DNA of 63,625 nt, counting the filler, from Chiloscyllium plagiosum (Eukaryota), in the NCBI RefSeq assembly GCF_004010195.1. It is 5 parts of one record of this genome, joined end to end, with 100 filler letters (N's around TTAATTAATTAA, not from the genome) between each part and the next. Parts side by side here need not be neighbours in the genome. Positions count along the whole stretch, not along the records: positions 1 to 19,489 come from NC_057714.1; positions 19,590 to 37,417 come from NC_057714.1; 3 more parts are not named here. One strand, written 5' to 3'. The position numbers and the translations under genes were made by a program. Below, one piece after another: positions 13,280 through 25,799 of the stretch. Every line of letters begins with the position of its first letter. Within the stretch, counting starts at the first letter, position 1. The notes beneath the pieces were generated by a model, which saw only the letters and a program-made list of their open reading frames with translations, searched no databases and was not told where the DNA came from.

Positions 13280-13700
13280 TTCCTCTCCAAAGAAATATTG
13301 TGCAGCCGATTGTAATCTGCACCTCAGGGAATCCAGCGATGGCCCTGGATCCAATGGCCTTTATAGTTTAATGTCAAGATAAGTACAGATTCACTGTCCC
13401 TATTCAACAAGTCTTTACTTTGATGCACCAATACACTGCAGACTGGGAAACACCATACATTTTCACAGTGGATCTACTGGAAGATCCTACAGATTTTCAG
13501 AATTATACCACTGACATTGGGTGGCCACCCACTCCCACATGGCTCAGCCCATCCTCTGTCACGCCATACAGTCCAGAGTGGGCCTCCCTGGAGATACACA
13601 GACTTCAGAAATAGTGTTGTTTGGACATTTGAAGGCAGCTAGGTCTTTGAATGTGAGGCTTGCACTGGAAGATATCCTCTTCTATCTCTAGAAACTTACC
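13280..13700 (-). mobile_element. Decayed PIF/Harbinger transposase remnant
   Basis: Manual minus-strand translation across stops gives ...GGHPMSV..., GSSSRSTVKMYGVSQSAVYWCIKV and AIAGFPEVQITIGCT. These resemble the Harbinger/HARBI1 GxSQSxVxR helix-turn-helix and FPxVxGxIDCTH motifs. Confidence 0.55.
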
Positions 13701-15945
13701 ACATGTCTCTCTGCTCCTTCTCCAGAGTTCGCATTTTAGGAAAATCCTCCTACTGGCTCTGATGTTGCTGTTCCCCTACTATCTCTGGGCAGACTACCTT
13801 CCCTCTTTGTTCTCCCTCCTATCCAATTGAGATCATTAAGCCTGGATGCATGAAGTCCATGGCAGTTGGCTTCTCCCAGTTACCAAGACCTCTTTTGGAA
13901 ACACCCTCCCAAGCCTTTGTTTATTTTGCTCAAGTACCAATACCCAGACAGAACTGTGGTGTAAGGCCCACAGAGTTGGCACCTTTCCTCTGCTCCCCCA
14001 TCCACTTCATTTGCTCATACTCTTGCACTCCATTCTTCCTGGGATGTTACAATGCCTCTCTCAGAAAGCCAGCAATATGTTCCAACTTGCTTTTCAACAG
14101 ATAAGGCTCTGAAGACCCATGCTTTCCATGTGCCATCTGCAAAATTCATAAAATTGCTCTCAAATATCTAAATGGCTTAATGACCTTACTGTTGTGGGAT
14201 TAGCACAATTTTTTTAATCCTGTCCAGTCCCAAACGAAACATTGGTGGTTTTGTGAAGACATTGGGTTTCTGTCCTGATGTTTTCCATTCCAATATTCCA
14301 CCCCTTCCCAGTCTGTTCCCAAAGGACCTGGTAAATTCAGCCACAAAAGTCATTTTCTTTCATTTCCTGGTTGTGGGGACAGAAAATAAACCCTTAAAGT
14401 CATTTGGAAATTTTGCTGTCTCGAATTATTTATACCCAACCTCATGCTCGGCATCAAATAGAGTATTTGAACAATGAACAAATTGCAAGGAAATGGACAC
14501 ACAGAATTTTGTCAAAATATTTTCCTGAAATCGTACTTTAATTATCCTTAGATTGGTGCTCCATTATTGAACAAGCAGTCTCACTTTCATTTCTTCTAAA
14601 TATAGTTACATCTAATGTTACCAAGAAAGTTGATTTTGTAGCCAGTCAACTGTTCCATATATTCCTTTTATTAACACTAATTAGTTCTTTTTAAAGACAA
14701 TTACAATTAGAAATGACATTAAATCTCAGTCAGGAGAGCAAAATAAGCACAACCGTTTTTGTGTTGCACATGAAGTATGAAAGATTTTGCCACATTTCCA
14801 AAATCATAGTATTTTCCAATTTGAGCAGAAACATGGGTGGGTTGGTTTGTAAGTATTTGTTTAGCATAACTGCACATAAAAATCAGAACCTAATGCTAAT
14901 TACCAACTTAATCTTGCACCAAAACCATATAATCAGCTCAGAAAAAGGTCAGAATTACTAATTTTTAATGTATGAAACTCAAAATATCAATACACCGGGA
15001 AAATTCTGAAAATCTTAAGATTTTGATAAAGCATAGGTTGAATTTTGTCGTGTGCAAGAAAGGACCAGTTTCTATTGTTCAGCTCACATACAGTTGCAAA
15101 AAGACAGTCTGCAAGTTATCAGTAGAGTTTTCGAACTTTCAGGCATCAGATCCAGCGCAACAGTATCTACAGGGGATTAGTGGTGCCTATGAGCATGTTT
15201 CTCAAACAGGCTGCAAAGCAGAGAGTTTAAAACAGGCCATATAAATTACAACTAAATCACTGAATGCAGGAAGTAAAATAGAAACTGGAATGTATAAATG
15301 GGAAAATGACATATAAGAGTGAAAAATAGAGAAGAAAATTGCAAACACCCAAATACCATAATTATTTCGACATTTTATAAAATATTTCTCCAAGTTGCAC
15401 GAATCCTATCTTTTCTATCTCTGGATGAAATTAGTAAGAACTTACCCAAAGTTAATTGTTACTCTTCGGAGGGTAAGTGTAGGTTGGTTGGGCACACTGA
15501 TTCCACACTGTAGTGAATCTAATCTAAACGACAGCACTACGAACATGAAACTATTTCTGAAATTGTAACACTAATGAAATATGCTAAAATATTATCCTCC
15601 AGTACAGAAAGAACAAAAAAACTCCTCTGATGTTGCTTTTCTTTACAGCAATCGTGAAATGGGACAACAGGAGAAGTCAGTCACATTTACAAGATTCTAC
15701 AATTTTATTTCAGAATTAAAATCAAGATACATGGGAACTTCAAATATATATTACAAAACAGCAGAATTATACTGCACTCTAAGGATGGATCACCTTGGCA
15801 GAGTGCAGTTAATATTTTGAGCCACCAGAAAAAGTTTAACTATTTACTACTTACAGACAAAATTCTTGTTGGGAAAACTTTCTACTCATGCATGTCACAT
15901 ACAGGAAAGGAATTTTGGAAAACAATTAAAAATACTGCTGAGATC

Positions 15946-15957
15946 CAAGATGGCGGC
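15946..15957 (+). promoter_or_regulatory. YY1-type motif at the L1 5' end
   Basis: CAAGATGGCGGC, matching the YY1 consensus found at L1 5' ends. Confidence 0.6.
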
Positions 15958-16107
15958 GCCCCAGCAAATCTGAATCTGTAGTACTCCACCCAAAACTCAG
16001 GCAAAGTGGGCTGCCCGCCTCCATTACACCTTCCAAACCATTCAAAATAGCTTTTACCTAATTTGGTCATTCTGCATCTAGCTTGAGTAGTTTGGTGCAG
16101 TGCTAAA

Positions 16108-16950
16108 ATGACTAAAGGAAAGAATGCCCGCAGCTCGCAGCAGGCAGGAACCCCTCCTCCACCCCCTCCCCCTCCAGCAGCAACAGAGACGTCCACGGCC
16201 GCCTCGGGGGGCTTACCTACGCTGGCAAGCCTGTTCTCTTTAATTAACAATCTGCAGGAGAAGATCGACGTCTTCATAGAGGAATCCAGGTCCAGGTGGG
16301 AATTGTTCTCAGTCGTGCTGCAAAAGCACGACCAAGATTTTTTTTAAAAATCAAACATCGCATTGGAGGGGAAAAGCTAAAGGCCGCGACCTCGGAAGCT
16401 GCTGCAAAGTCGGCCACGGGCCAGGTCCGGACTCTTGAACAACAAGTCCGGGCCGTAGAAGAACACATCGACGACCTCGAGAATCAGAGTCGCCGAAAAA
16501 ATATTCGTTTGCTGGGCCTTCCCAAATGGGAAGAGGAGGGCCAGTCTGCAGTCTTCTTGGAGTAGTGGCTCCCTCAGATATTGAAGCTGGAGTCTGGGTC
16601 AGGCCAGGTGCGGGTAGAATGGGCCCACCGGATTGCAACATGCAGGACCAGGTCGGACCAGTGCCCGCCCGGTCCTGTTCCGGCTTCAGTGTTGTAGAGA
16701 GAAGCAAATGCTTCTGGCAGCCTCCAGAACACGTGAGGATCCCCAAGCCATGACATATAAGGGATTTAGGATTATGCTGTTCCAGGATTTCTCCCCAGCT
16801 TTGGTCCGCAAGAGGAGGGCGTTTGATGAAACGAAGAAGCATCTTAGGGACTTAAACATCCAGTATTCCATACATTACACAGCGACACTGCGTTTTAGCC
16901 ACAAAGGATCACCAGAGATGGCCAAAGAATTTTTGGACTCTCTTAAATAG
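16108..16950 (+). pseudogene. L1 ORF1p (coiled coil, RRM, CTD), disrupted
   Basis: Fragments MTKGKNAR..., VEEHIDDLENQSRRKNIRLLGLP and IMLFQDFSPALVRKRRAF...LRF lie in different frames. Confidence 0.88.
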
Positions 16951-19091
16951 ACTGAAAGAATGAATCTGTGTGGTCAATGAGGCTGTTTTGCTTCCCCCCC
17001 ACCCCTGGTCTACCCTTTTTTTCTTCTTATTTCCTTTATTGTTTAATATCGTCTCCGGGGGGTAGGGAGGGGGGCTTATTTGCTCTCCAGTATGCAATTT
17101 CCTCTTTATTTGTATAAGCTGGGCAGCTCAGTTGATTCATGTGGGGGAGGGTGTTTGCTCTGTTCTACCTCATTTCTTTCTTACAGCGGGGTTTTCTTTT
17201 TCTGTTATCATACTTAGTTATTACCTGCTGAGACTGTAACTTTCTAGTTTTCTATGCTTATACTTGATATTATCTTTACTGAATGTATCTAGGAGTTGGT
17301 GTGGGTGAGGGGTTGGGGAGCTCACTTTCAACTTTAGCTTTGTCGCACACTGGAATTTCTTTATTTTACTACGTGGTGCCTGGGTTAAGGGTGGGGCGCT
17401 GGTTGGGAGAGGATACGATAGGTTTACTGATAGGAAGGGATGCCCCCTGGGAGCAAGGGGGAAAATCTCCTTTTAAATGCGTTTTATATTTTTCTTATTC
17501 AGAAATAGTTTTTCACTATATTGGCGTGAGTACATTAAAGATTTTCTATTTTTGTGAATTTTCTACAGTCTATGCTCGGGGAATTTTGGGTGGGGTTCTT
17601 CCTGCTGGGGGGTCTCAGACTTGCCTGGATGATCAGGGTTAGTCATTCGATTAAGTGGTGCACCTGGAATGTCAAGGAGAGTAATTCACCAATCAAAAGG
17701 AAGAAAATACTATCAAACCTCAAAAAAGAAAGGGTTGTTATAACTCTCTTATAGGAGACCACATTTACTAGATAAAGAGCACTTGAAAGGGAGGATTTGA
17801 TCAGGCCTTCTTTTCATCTTTTAGTTCAAAAAGTAGGGGAGTAGTCATTCTCATTCGGGAGAACCTTCCTTTCAAAATCTTAAGTCAGATAAAGAATGAA
17901 TCTGGACGATATATACTGATCAAAGCCCTTATAAATGGAGAGGAGTATGGGATTTTGTCCTCCGGCACATTCTTTCAAATTTATAACAGAAGCATTCTCC
18001 AAACTGGTGGCTTTTGGGGTTTGTTACACAATTATAGGAGGAGATTTTAACTGTATAATGGACCCAGAGGTAGACAGGATACCCAAGAGTACTGCGGGTA
18101 TATCTCCTAGATCCAGACAATTGGAGGATTTGAATAAGGAGCTAGAATTAGTAGATGTGTGGAGGTGCCTTCACCCGCAAGGCAGAGATTTTTCTTTTTA
18201 TTCTAATCCATATAAGTGTCACACTAGAATTGATATGTTTTTGCTCCCTCTACTTTTCTGAATTCCACACTATCTTGTAAAATACGTAATATAATAATCT
18301 CTGGTCATGCTGCAGTGTGAATGGATACCAGGACTAGGGACAATGAAACGACCCCCAGACATTGGTGTATGAATTTTTTTTTAATGAAGGATAATAAATT
18401 CGTAAAATATCTTGCTCAAGAATTCAAAACCTCTTTTGGAAATTAACTCCGGTACGGCCAGTAACCCGTTGGTGATGTGGGAGACCATTAAGGCCTATGC
18501 GCGGGGTCTGAGTTTTTATACTCGGCGACCCAAAAAAAAACAAAAGGGAGAACAATTGCGTTTACTCGAGGCTCGCTTGAAGGCAGCTGAGTTAGCTTAT
18601 GTTGATAGACCCTATGTTGCTAAATTACAAAGGATTACAGCCCTTAGGTCAGCCCTGAATACTGCACTTACCCAAACGACAAAGAGAGAAATATTATTTG
18701 CAAAGCAAAGATTATATGAATATAGCGATAAACCTGGTAGATACCTAGCGTATCTTGCAAGGAAAAAAAAGTCTCTCAAGCTATCATGTCCATTAGGGAA
18801 AGTACTGATACTTTGACTCATGATCATAAAAGGATCAGCACAATCTTCAGAGAGTTTTACTCTGATTTGTATAAATCGCAGGACTGTGAAGACAGAGCTA
18901 AGAAAATGGAGTCCGTTTTTAAAAGCCTGGCCTTTCAGGACTTAACTTCGGAACAGGTATCAAATTTGAATGCTCCCCTGACAACCCAGAAAGTACTTGA
19001 TGCAATCAAGCAGCTTCAGAGCGGTAAAGCACCTGGCCCAGATGGATTCCAGGTTGAATTCTACTAAGAGTTTACAGGAATACTAGCTGGT

Positions 19092-19790
19092 AAAAACAAT
19101 GACTGCAGATGCTGGAAACCAGATTCTGGATTAGTGGTGCTGGAAGACTACAGCAGTTCAGGCAGCATCCAAGGAGCAGCGAAATCGACATTTCGGGCAA
19201 AATCCCTTCATCAGGAATAAGAGAGCCTGAAGCGTGGAGAGAAAAGCTAAAGGAGGATGGGGGTGGGGAGAAAGTAGCATAGGGTACAATAGGTGAGTGG
19301 GGGTGGGGATGAAGGTGATAGGTCAGGGAGGAGAGGGTGGAGTGGATAAGTGGAAAAGGAGCTGGGCAGGTAGGACAAGTTCGGACAAGTCATGGGGACA
19401 GTGCTGAGCTGGAAGTTTGGAACAAAGGTGAGGTGGGGGAAGGGGAAATGAGGAAACTGTTGAAGTCCACATTGATGCCCTGGGGTTGANNNNNNNNNNN
19501 NNNNNNNNNNNNNNNNNNNNNNNNNNNNNNNNNTTAATTAATTAANNNNNNNNNNNNNNNNNNNNNNNNNNNNNNNNNNNNNNNNNNNNTTTGGGCAAAA
19601 GCCCTTCATCAGGAATAAAGGCAGAGAGCCTGAAGCGTGGAGAGATAAACTAGAGGAGGGTAGGGGTGGGGAGAACGTAGCATACAGTACAATAGGTGAG
19701 TGGGGGAGGAGATGAAGGTGATAGGTCAGGGAGGAGAGGGTGAAGTGGATAGGTGGAAAAGGAGATAGGCAGGTAGGACAAGTCGGGAAC
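19092..19790 (-). mobile_element. PLE with tandem pseudo-LTRs inserted in L1 ORF2 (spans a gap); 11-bp TSD
   Basis: TACTAGCTGGT occurs at 19081-19091 and 19791-19801. Two copies of the hammerhead-bearing repeat lie at about 19183-19218 and 19590-19616. Confidence 0.88.
19490..19589. other. Artificial assembly spacer (44 N + TTAATTAATTAA + 44 N)
   Basis: The same 100-nt structure occurs at 37418-37517, 54354-54453 and 61767-61866. Confidence 0.95.
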
Positions 19791-22514
19791 TACTAGCTGG
19801 TCCACTTCTAGACATGTATAACCACTCATATGGTCAGGTCTGCTTTCCTCTTTCGTTGAGAGGCGAATTTCTCTCTCATTCTCAAAAAAGGAAAGACCCC
19901 AGAAGATTGTGCATCATACAGACCAATATATTTATTAAATGTAGATTTTAAAATTGTTTCTAAAACATTAGCATTGAGGTTGGAGAGGGTAGTACCACAC
20001 ATCATAAAAGAGGACCAGACAGGGTTTATCAAGGGCCGTAGATCATCTAATAATATTAGAAGGGTTTTGAATGTGATTCAAGTCTGTCATCCTGGAAAGA
20101 ATACCGGGAATAGTAGTCTCGTTAGATGCGGAGAAGGCATTTGACCGGGTTGAATGGTCATACCTGTTTTACACACTGGAAAAGTTCTGTGTCAGAAAGG
20201 TATTCGCTAAATGGGTCTCAATATTGTATAATGATTCCAAAGCAGCCGTGATTACCAATGGCTTAGGCTCGGATAGCTTCAGTGTGGGTAGGGGCTGCCA
20301 TCAGGGTTGTCCTGTCTCACTGTTGTTATTAGCGGAAGCTATACGGGCTGATTCTAATATGATAGGTCCAAGGGTTGGTATGGGTAAACATAAAATTACC
20401 TTTTATGCAGATGATGTTCTCCTTTTTCTTAGTAATCCTTTGATGTCCGTGCCCCGCCTGATCCAAGTAATTAATTTATTTAATGTGTTTTCAGGTTACA
20501 AAATTAATTTCACAAAAATTGGAGGCCATGTCGATGGGCGGTCTCGCTAGTATGTCCCACTTATCGGACTGATCTCGCTTTCACTTTCAGTGGTCCCTGG
20601 GTTTTTTATATTTAGATATTTTTATCACCCCAATATTTGGCCAGTTGTATAAAGCTAATTTTGTACATCTACTGGAGAGGATAAGGCAGGAACATCAACA
20701 CTGGGGGGTTCTTCCAATATCTTGGTTAGGCAGAATAGCTCTAATTAAAATGAATATTTTGCCCCGTCTTCTATACCCTATGAGAATGCTCCCTGTGATG
20801 CTACCAAGGCCGGCATTGCGCATACCATATGGTTGGCTTGGTTCATTCATCTGGAATCATAGACAGCCCCTTATTAAGTTAAGGAAGCTGCAACTTCCAC
20901 AAGCAAGGGGAGGGCTAGATTTTCCAGACTTTAGGAGGTATAGCTGAGTTCTCTATTAAGCTACATAGCTGATTGCGGGTCACACGAAACCCAATCACTC
21001 TGAATGGATATCGAGGCCTCTCAAGCAAAGTGCCCCCTTATTAATCTCCTATTTTTAGATAAAATGAAAGCCATCATGGACCATTATAAAAACTCTATTG
21101 TATTAAACACAATTAAAGCCTGGAGGATAATGCGGCAAAATGAGGGCAACTCACAAAAAACCTCCCCTTATAGTGTGAGCATGGGGTTTTCAACCGGGGC
21201 TCATAGACGCCACACTTAAATCCTGGAGGTCCAGGGGTATTTCTTGCTTAGGGGATTTGTTTGATGGGGAGGTTATGATGTCTTTTGAACAGTTACACCA
21301 GAAAGTTGGATTACCTAATGGAGACCTCTTTCGGTACTTCCAAATTCAAGATTACATACAGAAGAAGACTACGTTATTAGATTGCTCTTATAAATCAGAT
21401 AGGGAACAAAGAGTGCTGTGGCCAGTGGGTTTACCCTCGGTCAGCACTTTTTATCACTCACTACATAACGTAGTATTGGAAGACATGGAAAGATTGTTTA
21501 AAACATGGAATCAGGAATTTGGGTTGGAAATCTCTTCAGAAATGTGGGACGACATTTGGGAAAATGCCAGAAAGATCTCTATAATAGACCCAAGTTACTC
21601 AATTAAAGATACTCCATCAGACTCATATAGCACCGGAACGATTGGCAAAATTTTGGGCAGGAGCATCTCCAATGTATCCTAAACGTAAAATTGAGGTCGG
21701 CACTCTCACACACTTATGGACATGTCACAAGATCCGCAAATATTGGGTCAGAGTAGCAAATCTTGGGAGCAGAAATTAGGGTGGATCTAGTATCTCTTCT
21801 CCTGGGCTTTTCTAGCCTGCCCTCCCTGGATGTACACGGGAAGAAATTATTCTCCATTCTTTCCTTTTGTGCAAGGAAAAATATCTTAGTAAACAGGGGA
21901 GCTGATGGCCCTCCAGGTCTTTCGAATTGGTATAGGTTGATCATGGAATGTATTCTCCTTGACTTCCTTACAAACATGGAGCACCAAAAAACTGAATTAT
22001 TTTATAAAATATGGCAGCCCTTTCTGAACGATATAGATACAGATATCTTGGCCATTTTGTCAATGGCTTTTATCTAGTTGTGGTAACTGTTCTGGCTAGT
22101 CCGGGGGCCCCCAGAGGGAGGATGCCCGTACTAATACGGGTTTTATTATGACTTGATGTTAATTCGTTCTGAGCATGTACCTCATTATTCAATTATTATG
22201 TTATCCCTTTTTTTCTCATCTTTTTAAGTAATGTAAGATATTTTATTACATGTTCTGTTAGTTATAGGTTAGATTAGTAGTTAGTTGAGCGTTTTTTTTC
22301 TTTATCTTTTCTCTTTGTTTGCTACGTTTTGGCCATTATTTATTTAATATCTAATTGTATATTAATGTTTATATTTGTGTGTATTATTTTGTAAGTTTGT
22401 AATAATGTTATTAAAAAAAATTTCTTTTTCTTCAATAAAAATATCTATAAAAAAAAATCCTAGAGTTGGCTCATCTATGAACACTGCTCCAGTACTTGTA
22501 CAGCTCTGATTCAG

Positions 22515-22734
22515 AAAGTGTGGTGCTGGAAAAGCACAACCAGTCAGGCAGCATCCGAGGAGCAGGAGAGTCGACATTTCAAGCACAAGATCTTCATCGG
22601 GAACATTCCTGATTAAGAGCTTCTGCTCGAAACGTTGACTCTCCTGCTCCTCGGATGCTGCCTGACCGGCCGTGCTTTTCAAAAGCCACACTTTTTGACT
22701 CTGATCTCCAGCATCTGAAGTCCTCACTTTCTCC
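22515..22734. mobile_element. Head-to-head inverted pair of PLE hammerhead modules (fold-back)
   Basis: 22515-22604 is approximately the reverse complement of 22606-22694. Confidence 0.8.
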
Positions 22735-23494
22735 AATTCTGACTGATCCCAATTTCAGAGACAAGATCCTAGATATTGATTGCCAGGAATTAAATGACCA
22801 ATTTCACTGAATGTTCAGTCATAGCATAAACCTGATCCTTTTACTAAGCCTTGATACTGTATTAAAGTTGTCATCAAATTACTATTTTCATATGCTGGTA
22901 CTAATTTATGTTCTCCATGACTAGGTTTCAATACACAAATGAAAAAATAGAAATCTAGAAAGCAATCTACAGTATTAAATAAAATTGTCAATTCTCATTT
23001 GCATGCCACGCACGTGCCACCGTTGAAGATTTTGGTGCATTTCTTGTTCAAACTGAAAAATTATAAAATTTCTCAAAAAAGCAGAGTTTGCAAGTATTTT
23101 TTCATCATTTAATTCTGTCCTTCTTTGGTGCCTATTAATTATTATCTATTAAATTACACATCAGTGAGGGAGAAAACATTATAATCCCACTACCAAAACA
23201 CCAATGAGTACTTGTGGTGAAAACCTATTGTTATAACCACATCTGTCCTTATTCAACCATTTTTATTTCACAACACAGTCATATTTAAATTGGGAAAAAG
23301 GAGCACAACCACATATGCCTAATACTTGTCCTGCGATCCTCCACAGGATGGAACTAGATCTACAGTGCCATCAGATCACATGAAACTTGAGCCTGGGTCT
23401 GTAAGATCCAAGTAATTTGTCTTCCCTTACCACCTTTTATTTCTAGTATGGTCACAAGAATCAGTTGCTCTTCATGCACAAGAGTACAGATTTT

Positions 23495-24160
23495 CCTTGA
23501 AAACAGAGTCACATGTAGACAAGATGACGAAGAAGGCGTTTGGCATGCTTGTCTTCACTGGTCAGAACATGGAGTACAAGAGTTGAGATGTCATGTTGTA
23601 GCTGTACAGGTCATGGTGAGCCACTTTTAGAATACTGCTAACAATTCTGGTCGCCCTTCTATCGGAAAGATATTGCTACATTTGACAGGGTGCAGAAAAG
23701 ATTTACAAGGATTTTGCTGGGACTGGAGAGATTCAGTTATAGGGAGAAGCTGAATAGGCTTTTTTCCTTGGAGAGTCAGAGACTCAGGGTGACCTTATAG
23801 TTTTACAAAATTATGAGGAGCATGGACTGGATGGATAGTCAAGGTCTTTTTCTTAGAATAGGAGAGTGCAAAACGAGAGAGCATAGATTTAAAGTGAGAC
23901 GGAAAAGTTTTAAAAAGGACCTAAGAGGTAACTTTTTCACATGGAGGATGGTACGTGTATGAAACGAGCTGCAAGAGGAAGTGGTGGAGGTGGGTACAAT
24001 TACAATATTTAAAAGGCCTCTGGATAGGTATATGAATACGTTGGGTTTAAAAGAAACAAAGCTAAATGCTGGTAAATGGGACTAGGTCAGATTAGGAGTC
24101 TGCTTGGCGCAGACAAGTTGGAGCAAAGGATCTGTTTCTGTGCTGTATGACTCTATGACT
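23495..24160 (+). mobile_element. CR1/HER1 LINE 3' fragment
   Basis: RT C-terminal region (EY..QFWSP.YRKD) and a TATGACTCTATGAC tail. Confidence 0.85.
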
Positions 24161-25491
24161 TTATTACACAAACCACCTCAGCTGATAATTCTGTTACACT
24201 GTGATAGCCAAGAACCTCAATTAGGAGTACATCATTTCTTGTGATTCTCTCACTTCTTTCCCTTCAGATAGGTTCCCCTTTGAACACCACATTTGTCAGC
24301 GTTGCCAGATCTTCCACCTCTTTTATCATAAAATCCCACAATCAAAAACATGCAAGACGCCCCTCTCACTAACTGCTCAAACAAATCCCCACCATTTTTA
24401 AAGTCTCAGCTCTATATGTGAAAACCTATAACTTTTACCTTGGCACATTTCCATGCAAATATGCAAGATGAGATACATGTTCATAAATCTTTTCCCACAC
24501 CACCATTCACAGCCTAATACTTCGATCTATGAAAGGGATTTGTGCATCTTCTCCCCATTTCTACCTTGTATTATTAACAGTTCAATATCCAGTCTACTTT
24601 CAACAAAGAAGGGAAACAAATACTACACAACTCCCCTGCCAAAGGTTTTGGTCTGTGTTGGAGTTACTGTTAATGATCAACTACAAGTGTGGGTTGAGTA
24701 CAGGTTTTTTGATAGTTTATTCAAGAGTACCTGGCTTCACAGTCCACTCTAGACTATCCAGAATGAAAACTGAGGAACATGGAAAAACACAGTATATTTA
24801 TACTATTCTTAGCTATACAAGCTACTCATTATCCAGCTTCCGATCTCAGTTCATACACACAAGTCGTTCTAAAGTATAGGTTAATGTCATTCATGTATCT
24901 TTTACCGAGTCAAGGATCGATTAGTCTTATCCTAGCCTGGTACTGTTTTGCCAATTTCTTATCAGTGTCAGTCATTTCCCTGCCATTCACTTCTTTCTTA
25001 CTCTCTGGAATCTCTGGAATGTTTTGTTAACTGATATTGTTGTTACAGAGTTCATGTTCAGATTTCTGTTGACAACAGTCCTTAGACTGTATAAGGTTTG
25101 TCTTGTTCAAAGCTTGCCTCGGAATACTCACTGCATACGTCAATTCAGAATTTAAAATGTAAAACCTAACTACTTTTAAAAGCTATTTTTCTAATTCACA
25201 CATGGGATGTGGCGTCGCTATCTGGGTCAGCATTTATTGTCCATCCATAGTTGCTCTCAGGAAGGTGCCTTCTTGAATTATTTCAGTCCATGTGCTATAG
25301 GTAGACCCATAATGCTGTTATGGAAGAAATTCCAAAACTTAACCTGATGACGTTGAATGAACGGCGATGTATTTCCCAATCAGAATAGTGAGCAATTTGG
25401 AGATGAACTTGCAGATGATGGCGTTCCCATCTATCTGCTCCCTTGTCCTTCTGGATGGAAGTGGTTGTGGATTTGGAAAGAATTTGGATTT

Positions 25492-25793
25492 GGGCAGCAC
25501 AGTGGTTAGCACTGCTGCCTCACAGCGCCAGAGACCTGGGTTCAATTCCTGCCTCAGGTGACTGACTGTGTGGAGTTTGCACATTCTCCCTGAGTCTGCT
25601 TGGGTTTCCTCCGGGTGCTCTGGTTTTCTCCACAGTCCAAAAAATGTGCAGGTTAGGTGAATTGGCCATGCTAAATTGCCCGTAGTGTTAGGTGAAGGGT
25701 AAATGTAGGGGAATGGGTCTGGGTGGGTTGCTCTTCGGCGGGTCGGTGTGGACTTGTTGGGCCAAAGGGCCTGTTTCCACACTAAGTAATCTA
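25492..25793 (+). mobile_element. HE1-type SINE
   Basis: tRNA-like head with GGTTCAATTCC B box, V-domain core, GGGCCTGTTTCCACACT 3' end and TAATC tail. Confidence 0.92.
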
Positions 25794-25799
25794 GTCAAA

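Larger units (their letters stand above)
17630..22077 (+). pseudogene. L1 ORF2p (APE endonuclease plus RT), disrupted and interrupted by a PLE
   Basis: TWNVK, IIGGDFNC, RIDMF, KAPGPDGF, LDAEKAFDRVEW, GCHQGCP, YADD, GRIALIKMNILP and GGLDFPDF, broken by many stops and frameshifts. Confidence 0.92.
15940..22457 (+). mobile_element. Near full-length L1-clade LINE (5'UTR, ORF1, spacer, ORF2, polyA), inactivated
   Basis: 5' CAAGATGGCGGC; ORF1 motif LENQSRRKNIRLLGLP; EN and RT motifs in ORF2; AATAAA at 22434-22439 and an A-tail at 22449-22457. Confidence 0.93.

Noticed and set aside
15925..15940. Target-site duplication for the L1
   Set aside because: AAAAATACTG versus AAAAATCCTA at the 3' end is too weak to call.
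19534..19545. Palindromic TTAATTAATTAA repeated four times (also 37462, 54398 and 61811)
   Set aside because: It is always centred between 44-N runs, giving exactly 100 nt, and has stops in all frames. This is an artificial scaffold linker, not biology.
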